From the NCBI GenBank assembly GCA_046484865.1, contig JAWOID010000063.1, positions 41,784-105,783 on the forward strand: a DNA stretch of 64,000 nt, read 5' to 3'. Positions 39,470-47,914 of this stretch are shown here, one piece after another; the stretch's first letter is position 1; each line of letters opens with the position of its first letter. Position numbers and translations under genes: made by a program. Under the pieces are notes generated by a model. That model saw nothing but the letters and a program-made list of their open reading frames with translations, did no database searches and had not been told where the DNA came from. Origin of the DNA: Candidatus Krumholzibacteriia bacterium (GTDB lineage: Bacteria; Krumholzibacteriota; Krumholzibacteriia; LZORAL124-64-63).

Positions 39470-40940
39470 GGGTTCTCTCCAGGTCGCGGGCCGCCTGCTC
39501 GACGGCCGCGATGATCGGATGGTAGCCGGTGCAGCGGCAGAGCGTGCCGCTGAGGGCGCACTGGATCTCCTGCCGCGTGGGCTGCGGGTTGCGGTCGAGC
39601 AGGGCGCGCGCGGCCATCAGCATGCCCGGCGTGCAGAAGCCGCAGGCCACGGCGTCCTGATCGAGGAACGCCCGCTGCAGGGGGTGCAGGCCGGTCCCGT
39701 CCGGCGCCACGGCGGCGGCGAGGCCCTCCACCGTCGTCACCCGGCGGCCGGCGACCTGGCCGATCAGGAGCAGGCAGCTGCAGGCCGTCTCGCCGTCCAG
39801 GATCACCGTGCAGGCGCCGCATTCGCCGATCTCGCAGCCGCACTTGGTGCCGGTCAGCAGCAGCTCGTCGCGCAGCACCTGCAGCAGCGTCGCCTGTGGC
39901 GGGGCCGTCACATGCACGAGCCGGCCGTTGAGGACGAAGGCGACTCCCGCGTCGTGGCCGCTCCCCGGACGCAGAGAGGAGACGGCGGGGTCACCGGGCG
40001 CCGGCGGCCGCACGCCGGCCGGCGGGAACGGCCGCTCCGGGAGAGACGATGGCGTCCCTCGCCCGATCGCGGCCTCGATGCTCTCCGCTGCCGCCTGCAG
40101 GGCGCGCTCCAGCAGGCTGGCCGCCACCGGCTCCTTGTACGGCGTGGACCAGCGGCGGCCGGTGATCCGCACCATCTCCTCGGCGAGCCGGCGGCCGGCA
40201 GCGGCCATCACCGTGGGCTCGACGATCTGCCCGTCCAGCAACTCCTCGACGGCCGGGAACCGGCAGGGCGTCGGCACCACCGAGCCCGCCGCCACCCGCA
40301 CGTCCGCGAACCGGCCGCCGTCGTCCCGACGGAAGCGCACGGCCACGCTCATGCGCGACACGGCGAGCGCGTTCCTGCGCCCGAGCTTCACGAATGCCGT
40401 GCCCGTGCCGGCGGCAGGGCGGGGGAACGTCACGGCCACCAGGATCTCGTCCGCCTCGAGCGCCGTGCGGTACGGAGCGAGGAGGGCGGCGTCCAGCGGC
40501 ACCCGGCGCTCGCCGCGCACGGAGCGCAGCACGAGCTGGGCGTCGAGGGCGATCAGGGGCGGCGCCGTGTCCGCGCACGGCGACGCGTTGACCAGGTTGC
40601 CGCCGAGGGTGCCGCGGTGGCGGATCTGGGGCGAGCCCACGGCGGCGCAGGCGTCCGCGAGCAGCGGCACCGCGACGCGCAGCGCGGGGTGATCGGCGAT
40701 CTGCGCATGCGTGGCCAGGGCTCCCAGCACGACGGCGTCGTCACCGACCGCGATCTGCGCCAGATCGGCCAGCTGTCCCAAGTCGATCACTTCGATCGGC
40801 GGTGCGCTGGCGGGTTCCTGGCGCAGGGCGATCAGCAGGTCCGTGCCGCCGGCCAGCAGGCGAGCATCCGGGCCCAGCTCGGCCTTCAGCGCGAGGGCCT
40901 CGCCGATCGAGGCGGGCGTGTGGTGGATCACCCGGCGCAC
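39453..40940 (-). CDS. Fused xanthine dehydrogenase FAD-binding + 2Fe-2S subunit (FAD N-terminal)
   Basis: LAGGTDL and QIRHRGTLGGN…ASPCAD, then GTKCGCEIGECGAC, CGFCTPG and CRCTGY. Confidence 0.92.
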   Translation of the reverse strand: MRRVIHHTPASIGEALALKAELGPDARLLAGGTDLLIALRQEPASAPPIEVIDLGQLADLAQIAVGDDAVVLGALATHAQIADHPALRVAVPLLADACAAVGSPQIRHRGTLGGNLVNASPCADTAPPLIALDAQLVLRSVRGERRVPLDAALLAPYRTALEADEILVAVTFPRPAAGTGTAFVKLGRRNALAVSRMSVAVRFRRDDGGRFADVRVAAGSVVPTPCRFPAVEELLDGQIVEPTVMAAAGRRLAEEMVRITGRRWSTPYKEPVAASLLERALQAAAESIEAAIGRGTPSSLPERPFPPAGVRPPAPGDPAVSSLRPGSGHDAGVAFVLNGRLVHVTAPPQATLLQVLRDELLLTGTKCGCEIGECGACTVILDGETACSCLLLIGQVAGRRVTTVEGLAAAVAPDGTGLHPLQRAFLDQDAVACGFCTPGMLMAARALLDRNPQPTRQEIQCALSGTLCRCTGYHPIIAAVEQAARDLERTRGTAT

Positions 40941-43417
40941 GGCTTGCCTCCGGACTTCGGCGCGGCGGCCAGCGCGGCCGCCCGCCGCGTGGGTCGCGCA
41001 AGCGGCGCGCCGAGCAGGACGGACTCGAGGTCGGCGGGCAGGGAGCGCACGCGCTGTCCGGTGGCGTGCGCAACGGCGTTGGCGATGGCCGGGGCGGCGA
41101 TCTCGGTGGCCGGCTCGCCGACGCTCTTGGCCCCGAAGGGCCCGGCGGGATCGGGGTTCTCGACGATGACGACGTCGATGTCCGGCAGGTCCATGGCGGT
41201 GGGCAGCAGGTACTCGTCGAAGTTGTGCGTCGCGGGCACGCCCTCGTGCTGCAGGTACTGCTCGAGCACGCCGTAGCCCATGCCCATCACCACGCCGCCG
41301 TACACCTGGCTGCGGACCATGGCGGGCGAGATGGCGCGGCCCACGTCGTGCACGGCCACCACGCGCAGCACGTCGACCTTGCCGGTGGCCGTGTCCACCT
41401 CCACCTCGGCCACGTTGGCGCCGTAGACAAAGGTGAAGTAGGCGTCGCCGCGGCCGGTCTTCTCGTTCCAGGTCGTCGGCTCGCCCTTGTGCCAGCCGAA
41501 GCCCAGCAGCGGCCGGCCCAGGGCGAAGGCGCGGGCCGCCACCTCGGCGAACGGCACCGTGTCGGCGCCGCCGGCAGCGGCAGGGCGTTCGCCGCCGGCC
41601 GTCCGGAAGAAGCGTCCGCCGCGGCAGCGGACCTCGTTCGCCGGCGCGCGGAGCATCTCGGCCGCCACCTCGTCGAGGATCTGTCGCACCTGCACGGCGG
41701 CCTTGCGCACCGCCTGTCCGCCCATGACGGTGGAGCGACTGGCCACGGTGGGACCCGAGTCGGGCACGCGGCCGGTGTGCACGTCGAAGAACTTCACCCG
41801 CGTCACGTCGATGCCGAGCACCTCGGCGGCGATCAACGACATCGTGGTCGCCACGCCTTGACCCATGTCCGTCAGCCCGATGCTCACCAGCACGGAGCCG
41901 TCGGTCTGCACCGAGACGATGGCGCCGGCAGCGTCGACGCCTTCGGCGCCGAGGCTCACACCCCGGTAGGAGCACGCCAGCCCGAGGCCGCGGCGGCGCG
42001 CGTCGCCCGACCGTGAACGCTCGGCGTTCGCCGCGGCGAGCGCCGAGCGCCGCTCCGCCCAGCCGCTGCGTTCCTCGGCCAGCTCGAGCACCTGGGCGAG
42101 CGAAACACCCGGCGGCAGCGCCTGCCCCGTGGCCGTCACCGCGCCCTCGCGGAAGATGTTGCGGCGCCGCAGCTCGAGCGGGTCGAGATCGAGTGCCGCG
42201 GCCAGCTCGTCCATCAGCGACTCGATGGCGAAGTTCACCTGGGGCGAGCCGAAGCCGCGCATGGCCCCGGTGTAGACGTTGTTGGTGAAGGCGGCCACCA
42301 CCTCCACGTCCACGTTCTCGCAGGCGTAGGGTCCGGTGGCCTGCACCGCCGAGCGCCAGGTGACGAACGGCGAGGTGGCGGTGTACGCGCCGGCGTCGGC
42401 GACGATGCGCGCGTGGACAGCGGTCAGCCGGCCGTCCCGGCTCGCTCCCACCCGGTAGTGCAGCACGTAGGGATGGCGCTTGTACGACTCGGCCAGCGAC
42501 TCCTCGCGCGTGTTCACCAGCTTCACCGGCCGGCCGGTCATCTGCGCGAGCAGCGCGGCCCGGCAGGCCATCTGCGACATCACCTCGTCCTTACCGCCGA
42601 ACGATCCGCCCATCGTCGCGTGCTCGACCGTCACCCGTGCCAGGTCGAGCTGCAGGATCTCGCCCAGGGCCCGGCGGGTGGTGAAGATGTTCTGGATCGA
42701 CCCGATGATCCGGATGCCGCCGTCCGGAGTGACCTCGGCGAGCACCGCCTCGGGCTCCAGGTAGGCATGCTCGATGGCCTGGGTCCGGTACGTGCGCTCA
42801 AGGACCAGCTCGGCGGCGGCCAGGGCCGCGTTCGCGTCGCCCTGCCGCACGTGATGGCGGGCGCAGAGGTTGGCGCGCGGGTCGCGGTCGTCGTCGGACG
42901 GGCCGCCGTCGCCGGCGTCTGCGCCGTGCTCGCCCCGTCCGTCGTGCGCCGCGGCGCCGGCGCTGTGGCCGCCGCCGGGCTCATGAACCAGGGGCGCGTC
43001 CGGCGCGAGGGCGGCCTCGGGATCGAAGATGGGCGGCAGATCCTCGTACTCCACGCGGATCGCCGCCGCCGCCGTCGCGGCCTGCTCGGGCGTGTCGGCC
43101 GCCACCGCGGCCACGCCGTCGCCCCAGTGGCGCACGCGGTCCCAGGCCAGCACGGGAATGTCCCTGACGATGCCGCCGAAGGTGCGTGCGGCGGGCAGGT
43201 CGGCGCCCGTGAGCACGGCGCGGACGCCCGGCAGCGCCAGGGCGGCACCGGTGTCGATGGTGAGGATGCGGGCGTGTGGCCGCCGCGCCCGCAGCACCGC
43301 GCCGAACAGCATGCCCGGGGCGCGCAGGTCGGCCCCGAAGCGGGCGCTGCCGGTCACCTTTCCCAGGGCATCCACGCGCCAGTGCGGCCGGCCGATGGTG
43401 TCGTGTTCGTGCGGCAT
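40928..43417 (-). CDS. Xanthine dehydrogenase family molybdopterin-binding subunit (set 2)
   Basis: IEHAYLEP, GGSFGGK, AMRGFGSPQ, DMGQG, TVASR and AKSVGE motifs. Confidence 0.95.
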   Translation of the reverse strand: MPHEHDTIGRPHWRVDALGKVTGSARFGADLRAPGMLFGAVLRARRPHARILTIDTGAALALPGVRAVLTGADLPAARTFGGIVRDIPVLAWDRVRHWGDGVAAVAADTPEQAATAAAAIRVEYEDLPPIFDPEAALAPDAPLVHEPGGGHSAGAAAHDGRGEHGADAGDGGPSDDDRDPRANLCARHHVRQGDANAALAAAELVLERTYRTQAIEHAYLEPEAVLAEVTPDGGIRIIGSIQNIFTTRRALGEILQLDLARVTVEHATMGGSFGGKDEVMSQMACRAALLAQMTGRPVKLVNTREESLAESYKRHPYVLHYRVGASRDGRLTAVHARIVADAGAYTATSPFVTWRSAVQATGPYACENVDVEVVAAFTNNVYTGAMRGFGSPQVNFAIESLMDELAAALDLDPLELRRRNIFREGAVTATGQALPPGVSLAQVLELAEERSGWAERRSALAAANAERSRSGDARRRGLGLACSYRGVSLGAEGVDAAGAIVSVQTDGSVLVSIGLTDMGQGVATTMSLIAAEVLGIDVTRVKFFDVHTGRVPDSGPTVASRSTVMGGQAVRKAAVQVRQILDEVAAEMLRAPANEVRCRGGRFFRTAGGERPAAAGGADTVPFAEVAARAFALGRPLLGFGWHKGEPTTWNEKTGRGDAYFTFVYGANVAEVEVDTATGKVDVLRVVAVHDVGRAISPAMVRSQVYGGVVMGMGYGVLEQYLQHEGVPATHNFDEYLLPTAMDLPDIDVVIVENPDPAGPFGAKSVGEPATEIAAPAIANAVAHATGQRVRSLPADLESVLLGAPLARPTRRAAALAAAPKSGGKPCAG

Positions 43418-43442
43418 GGTCTCTTCCATCCGGTGGTCGCCA

Positions 43443-43471
43443 ATGGTGCCCGATCGCCGGGCCGCTGACAA
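43443..43471 (-). promoter_or_regulatory. Possible sigma70 promoter of the long minus-strand catabolic operon
   Basis: Minus strand TTGTCA-N17-CACCAT, about 25 nt upstream of ATG 43417. Confidence 0.35.
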
Positions 43472-43534
43472 GGCGGTTTGTCCGGCACACGGTTGCGGCG
43501 AGGTGGACACGCCGAACTGGTCCGACGACTCCCG

Positions 43535-43570
43535 AAAAGACGAGGCCCCGCTCCCTGGGGGAGCGGGGCC
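43535..43570 (-). terminator. Intrinsic terminator downstream of the RRM gene
   Basis: Perfect 12-bp stem GGCCCCGCTCCC/GGGAGCGGGGCC (43544-43570) followed on the minus strand by TCGTCTTTT. Confidence 0.75.
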
Positions 43571-43617
43571 CGTTTCATCCGGTCACCGGGTCGAGAGACC
43601 CGCCGCCCGACGGCAGA

Positions 43618-43884
43618 CTACCAGCCGCTACGGCGCGGCTCGCGCGGGCGTGCCTCGTTGACGTTCAGGGCCCGGCCATCGACCTGCCTGGTGTTCACGG
43701 CCTCGATGGCGCGCATGGCGGCCGAATCGTCCTCCATCTCCACGAACCCGAAGCCGCGCGAGCGGCCGGTCTCACGGTCGAGGACGACGGTGGCGCTGGC
43801 GACCTCGCCGTGCTCGGCGAAGAGGTCCTTCAGCTCCTGGTCCGACATGTTCCAGCTGAGGTTGCCCACGTAGATCTTCTTCAA
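43618..43884 (-). CDS. RRM-domain RNA-binding protein
   Basis: KIYVGNL (RNP2), RSRGFGFVEM (RNP1), LNVNEARPR; TTG start with AAGGAAG RBS. Confidence 0.93.
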   Translation of the reverse strand: MKKIYVGNLSWNMSDQELKDLFAEHGEVASATVVLDRETGRSRGFGFVEMEDDSAAMRAIEAVNTRQVDGRALNVNEARPREPRRSGW

Positions 43885-44180
43885 ATGATCACTTCCTTGA
43901 ACCATGGAGACCGGCGTCGTATCCAGGAATCGGTTCTGCTCGCCGGGCTCCCAAAAACGGGACTGGCGTGGTCGCCAGCCCGCGCGCCACGTTAACCGCT
44001 CACCGTGAAAGCGCAAGGTCCATCTGAAAACCGCTCGCGGTGGATCGACCGTCGTGTCGAGTTCCCGTCCGGATCGAGGTGCACGCCGCCGGGCCGTGTC
44101 GCGGGCGAGACTGCTGCCGGGTGACGGGAATCGTCTTATCTTGCAGTCATCCCTGCTCCGCCGGGAAGAATGGAGAGCCG

Positions 44181-45650
44181 GTGAAGGTCCTGCTGGTCGA
44201 GCCGCGGACTCCCGATACGTTCTGGAGTCTGCGCCACGCGCTTCGCTTCGTCGGCAAGCGCGCTGCGAACCCCCCGCTGGGGGCGCTGACGGTGGCCGGG
44301 CTGCTGCCGACGTCGTGGCAGTGCCGTCTCGTCGATCTGAACGTCCGCGACCTGGACGATGCGACCATCGCCTGGGCCGACTACGTGCTGGTGAGCGCGA
44401 TGCTGGTCCAGCGCTCCTCGGTGCTGGAGGTCGTGCGTCGCTGCCGGGCGGCCGGCAAGCCGGTGATCGGCGGCGGCCCGCTCTTCGGCGCCGAAGCGGA
44501 GAACCTGGATGTCGATCACGTCGTGGTGGGGGAGGCGGAGGAGATCGCCGAGGAACTGGTCGCCGACATGGAGTGCGGTACGGTCAAGCCGCTGTACACC
44601 GCGCCCCGGTTCCCCGACCTCTCCCTGACGCCTTTGCCGCGCTGGGACCTCGTCGACCTGGACGACTACGCGACGATGTCCGTGCAATCGTGCCGCGGGT
44701 GTCCGTTCGACTGCGAGTTCTGCGACGTGGTCGCCCTGAACGGCCGCCGGCCGCGCACCAAGTCGCCCGACCGGTTCCTGGCCGAACTGGACGCCCTGCG
44801 AGCGAGAGGCTGGCGGGGTCCGGTGTTCGTCGTGGACGACAACTTCGTGGGCCACCGCCGGCGCTGCCTCGAACTGCTGCGCGCGATGATCGACTGGCGC
44901 CGCCGGACGGGCACGCGCATGACGTTTCTGACCGAAGCCTCCGTCGACATGGCCGAGGACCCCGAACTCCTGGAGTTGATGGTAGCGGCCGGTTTCAAGA
45001 AGGTCTTCCTCGGTCTGGAGACACCCAGCGCCGCGAGCCTGCGGGAGTGCCGCAAGCTGCAGAACCTGCGCGGCGATCTGGTCGCGGCCGTCCACACGAT
45101 CCAGGCCGCGGGGATCGAGGTCATGGGCGGCTTCATCGTGGGCTTCGACAACGACGGGCCCGACATCTTCGAGCGCCAGTTCGAGTTCATCCAGAACGCC
45201 GGCGTGGTCACCGCGATGGTGGGGCTGCTGCAGGCGTTGCCGCGCAGCCGTCTCTACCGGCGGCTGGCCGCGGAGGGAAGGCTGCGCGGCGACAGCGCCG
45301 GCGACAACACCGAGGCGTCCTTCAACTTCGAGCCGTGCCTCGATCGCGAGTTCCTGATCGACGGCTACCGTCGGCTGGTCCAGCGCCTCTACGAACCCGA
45401 CCCGTTCTACAGTCGCGTACGGACGTTCCTTCAGACCCACCATCCCTCGGGACCGCGGCCGACCGTCAGCAGGGCCGATCTCGAGGCCGTGCTGAGGTCG
45501 CTGTGGGTCATGGGCGTGGTCCATCGCGGTCGCCGTGCCTACTGGCGCCTGCTCGCCACGGTCCTGCTGCGGCAACCCGGTCACATCGGCATCGCCGTCA
45601 CGCTCGCCATCATGGGCCATCATTTCCGGGAGACGGCGAAGGTGATCTGA
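44181..45650 (+). CDS. B12-binding radical SAM protein (DUF4070 C-terminus)
   Basis: N-terminal cobalamin-binding-like region (PPLGALTVAG…GGP); RGCPFDCEFC CxxxCxxC; VDDNF, LGLET and GFIVGFD motifs. Confidence 0.92.
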   Translation: MKVLLVEPRTPDTFWSLRHALRFVGKRAANPPLGALTVAGLLPTSWQCRLVDLNVRDLDDATIAWADYVLVSAMLVQRSSVLEVVRRCRAAGKPVIGGGPLFGAEAENLDVDHVVVGEAEEIAEELVADMECGTVKPLYTAPRFPDLSLTPLPRWDLVDLDDYATMSVQSCRGCPFDCEFCDVVALNGRRPRTKSPDRFLAELDALRARGWRGPVFVVDDNFVGHRRRCLELLRAMIDWRRRTGTRMTFLTEASVDMAEDPELLELMVAAGFKKVFLGLETPSAASLRECRKLQNLRGDLVAAVHTIQAAGIEVMGGFIVGFDNDGPDIFERQFEFIQNAGVVTAMVGLLQALPRSRLYRRLAAEGRLRGDSAGDNTEASFNFEPCLDREFLIDGYRRLVQRLYEPDPFYSRVRTFLQTHHPSGPRPTVSRADLEAVLRSLWVMGVVHRGRRAYWRLLATVLLRQPGHIGIAVTLAIMGHHFRETAKVI

Positions 45651-45739
45651 GCCCGACGGCTCCGGTCACGACGCGAACTCCTGCCGCCCGTGAGGCGACC
45701 GCCGGGGCCGATATGCTACTTGAACGATTGGAGTTGAGG

Positions 45740-47134
45740 GTGAGCGAACTCATCGACAACAGCCGGCAACGCGTGGAGACGCTCAAGGAGGTCATCCGGG
45801 GGCTCCACGAGGGCGCCGATCCGGCCGTGGTCAAGCAGCGGCTGAAGGACCTGGTGCAGGCCACCACGAGCGAGGAGATCGTGGCCATGGAAGCCCAGCT
45901 CATGGAGGAGGGCATGACGGTCGAGGAGATCAAGGCCATGTGCGACCTCCACTCGCAGGTCACGGCCGAGTTGCTGGGCGATCGCCTCGAGACCACCACC
46001 GCCGGCCATCCCCACGACAGCTTCCGCCGCGAGAACGAGGCCATCGCCGCGGCCGCCGACCGCATGCAGCAGGTCCTCGACGAGCTGGACGAGATGCCGG
46101 CGGAGAGGGCCGATCGCGACCTGGAGCCTCTGCTCGACCGCTGGCGCCGGACGCTGGAGGATCTGCTTGAGGTCGAGAAGCACTACGCCCGCAAGGAGAA
46201 CCTCCTCTTCGCCTATCTCGAACGGCACGGCGTCACGGGTCCCTCGAAGGTCATGTGGGGCAAGGACGACGACATCCGGGCCATGTTGCGAGCGCTGCGC
46301 GAGGCCCTCACCGAGCAAGACGCCGGGGCGGACGAGTGGCGTCTGGTGGCGCAGCAGGTGGCCCGGCCGCTGCTCGACCAGATCCGCGAGATGATCCACA
46401 AGGAGGAGCGCATCCTGCTGCCGCTGAGCCTGCGCAAGCTGACGCCCGCGCAGTGGGGAGCGATCCACGTGCAGTCGCCCCGGTTCGGCTGGTGCCTGGT
46501 GGAGCCCGGCACGGATTACACGCCCCCGCCCGAGACCGAGGCCGAACTGACACGCACCGCCGCCGAGACGGCCGGCGATCCGGCGGCGGGCAGCGGTGAG
46601 CAGGACGGGACTTCCGGCGCCGCCGGCGATGCTGCTGCCGGCGATGCTGCTGCCGGCGATGCTGCTGCCGCCGCCGCCTTCTCCGGCGCCGCCGCCGCCG
46701 CGCCCGCCGCGCACGTCCCGCTACGGGTCGGAGTCGGGACGCTGACGCTCGCGCAGTTGCGCGGCCTCGTGCGTGTTCTGCCGGTGGACCTGACCTTCGT
46801 CGACGCCGACGACCGGGTCGTCTTCTTCTCCGAGGGCGACCGGGTGTTCGAGCGGCCGCCGGCGATCATCGGCCGGCAGGTGCAGAACTGCCATCCGCCG
46901 GCCAGCGTCGACACCGTGGAGCGCATCCTGGACGACTTCAAGGCGGGCCGTGAGTCGGCGGCCGAGTTCTGGATCGAGTTGCGCGGGCGCTTCGTGCACA
47001 TCCGCTACTTCGCGGTGCGCGACGACGGCGGCGGCTACCTGGGCACGCTCGAGGTCACCCAGGACCTGACGCCGCTGCGCGCCCTGGCCGGCGAGCGGCG
47101 TCTGCTGCAGTACGACGAGGAGCCGCACGGATGA
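45740..47134 (+). CDS. DUF438 + hemerythrin-like + PAS_10 domain protein
   Basis: LKEVIRGLHEG…MCDLHS, GHP..F.REN, HYARKENLLF…GPSKVMW, EMIHKEERIL; C-terminal LPVDLTFVD…IGRQVQNCHPP. Confidence 0.88.
   Translation: MSELIDNSRQRVETLKEVIRGLHEGADPAVVKQRLKDLVQATTSEEIVAMEAQLMEEGMTVEEIKAMCDLHSQVTAELLGDRLETTTAGHPHDSFRRENEAIAAAADRMQQVLDELDEMPAERADRDLEPLLDRWRRTLEDLLEVEKHYARKENLLFAYLERHGVTGPSKVMWGKDDDIRAMLRALREALTEQDAGADEWRLVAQQVARPLLDQIREMIHKEERILLPLSLRKLTPAQWGAIHVQSPRFGWCLVEPGTDYTPPPETEAELTRTAAETAGDPAAGSGEQDGTSGAAGDAAAGDAAAGDAAAAAAFSGAAAAAPAAHVPLRVGVGTLTLAQLRGLVRVLPVDLTFVDADDRVVFFSEGDRVFERPPAIIGRQVQNCHPPASVDTVERILDDFKAGRESAAEFWIELRGRFVHIRYFAVRDDGGGYLGTLEVTQDLTPLRALAGERRLLQYDEEPHG
46622..46666 (+). repeat. 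In-frame 15-bp tandem repeat x3 (AGDAA)
   Basis: GCCGGCGATGCTGCT x3. Confidence 0.9.
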
Positions 47135-47781
47135 GCATCACCATCGATGCCGAGACGCGGGTAGGCGATCTCCTGCGCGCGCATCCCGAGCTGGAGGAGG
47201 TGCTCATCGCCCAGGCGCCAGCCTTCGCGAAGCTGCGCAACCCGGTCCTGCGGCGGACGGTGGCGAAGGTGGCCACGCTGCGAGCCGCGGCCCAGATGGC
47301 GGGCGTCGACGTGGAGGCGCTGGTGCGGGTGCTGCGGCAGGCGGCGGCAGAGATCACGGCTACGCCGGACCCGGCGCCGGGGGTGGTGGGGGGCGAGGAG
47401 GCAGATTCGCGGACCGCCGATCGGGTCGAAGAGCGGAGGGCCGCCGGCCCGCCCGCCGGGTCACCCGCCGGGCCACCCGCGTGGCCGCCCGCCCGGCCGG
47501 ACCCGTCGGAACTCGGCCCGACGGCGGCTCCGCCTGCGTGGGCTCGCGATGAGCCGGTCGAGGTTCTCCACGTCGACGACATGCTCGCGCGTGGCGAGCA
47601 TCCACTCGGCCGCGTCCAGAAACTCCTGCGCGGTGTGGCCCCGGACCGGTACATCCTGCTGCGCAGCAGCTTCCGTCCCGAGCCGCTGATCGAGGCGGTC
47701 GGCGAAGCCGGCCACGAGACGCACTGCCGCGCCGTGGGACCCGACGACTGGGAGACCTACCTGCGCGCCGGCCGGCCGTGA
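47131..47781 (+). CDS. DUF1858 + DUF2249 domain protein
   Basis: TRVGDLLRAHPEL…FAKLRNPVLRRTVAKVATL; C-terminal GEHP…SFRPEPLI; ATGA overlap with the DUF438 gene. Confidence 0.8.
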   Translation: MSITIDAETRVGDLLRAHPELEEVLIAQAPAFAKLRNPVLRRTVAKVATLRAAAQMAGVDVEALVRVLRQAAAEITATPDPAPGVVGGEEADSRTADRVEERRAAGPPAGSPAGPPAWPPARPDPSELGPTAAPPAWARDEPVEVLHVDDMLARGEHPLGRVQKLLRGVAPDRYILLRSSFRPEPLIEAVGEAGHETHCRAVGPDDWETYLRAGRP

Positions 47782-47914
47782 GCGCCGCGATCGGGAGGCG
47801 CCGGAACGATGTCCCGACGCCTCCCTCGCCCGAGCGACCGCCGTCTCGGTCGCGAGCCGCGAGTCGCGACTCGTGAGCCGTGAGCCCCGTCGACAGCGCG
47901 AACCTACCCGGCCG

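Noticed and set aside
19683..43417. Selenocysteine recoding in the Mo-hydroxylase cluster
   Set aside because: All ORFs read through their expected motifs without an in-frame TGA; any selenium dependence would be cofactor-based and cannot be seen here.
43418..43540. Purine-sensing riboswitch ahead of the catabolic operon
   Set aside because: The region is short and I see no purine or xanthine riboswitch consensus; an Rfam scan would be needed to exclude it fully.
44181..45650. B12 radical SAM (and the S9 peptidase at 62367) as RiPP maturases
   Set aside because: Several kb from the precursor, in different transcription units, with no visible RRE or SPASM domain.
44054..47134. 1026-aa ORF suggesting a large fusion protein
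   Set aside because: The N-terminal half is an off-frame overlap of the radical SAM gene; the recognisable DUF438 protein starts near 45740.
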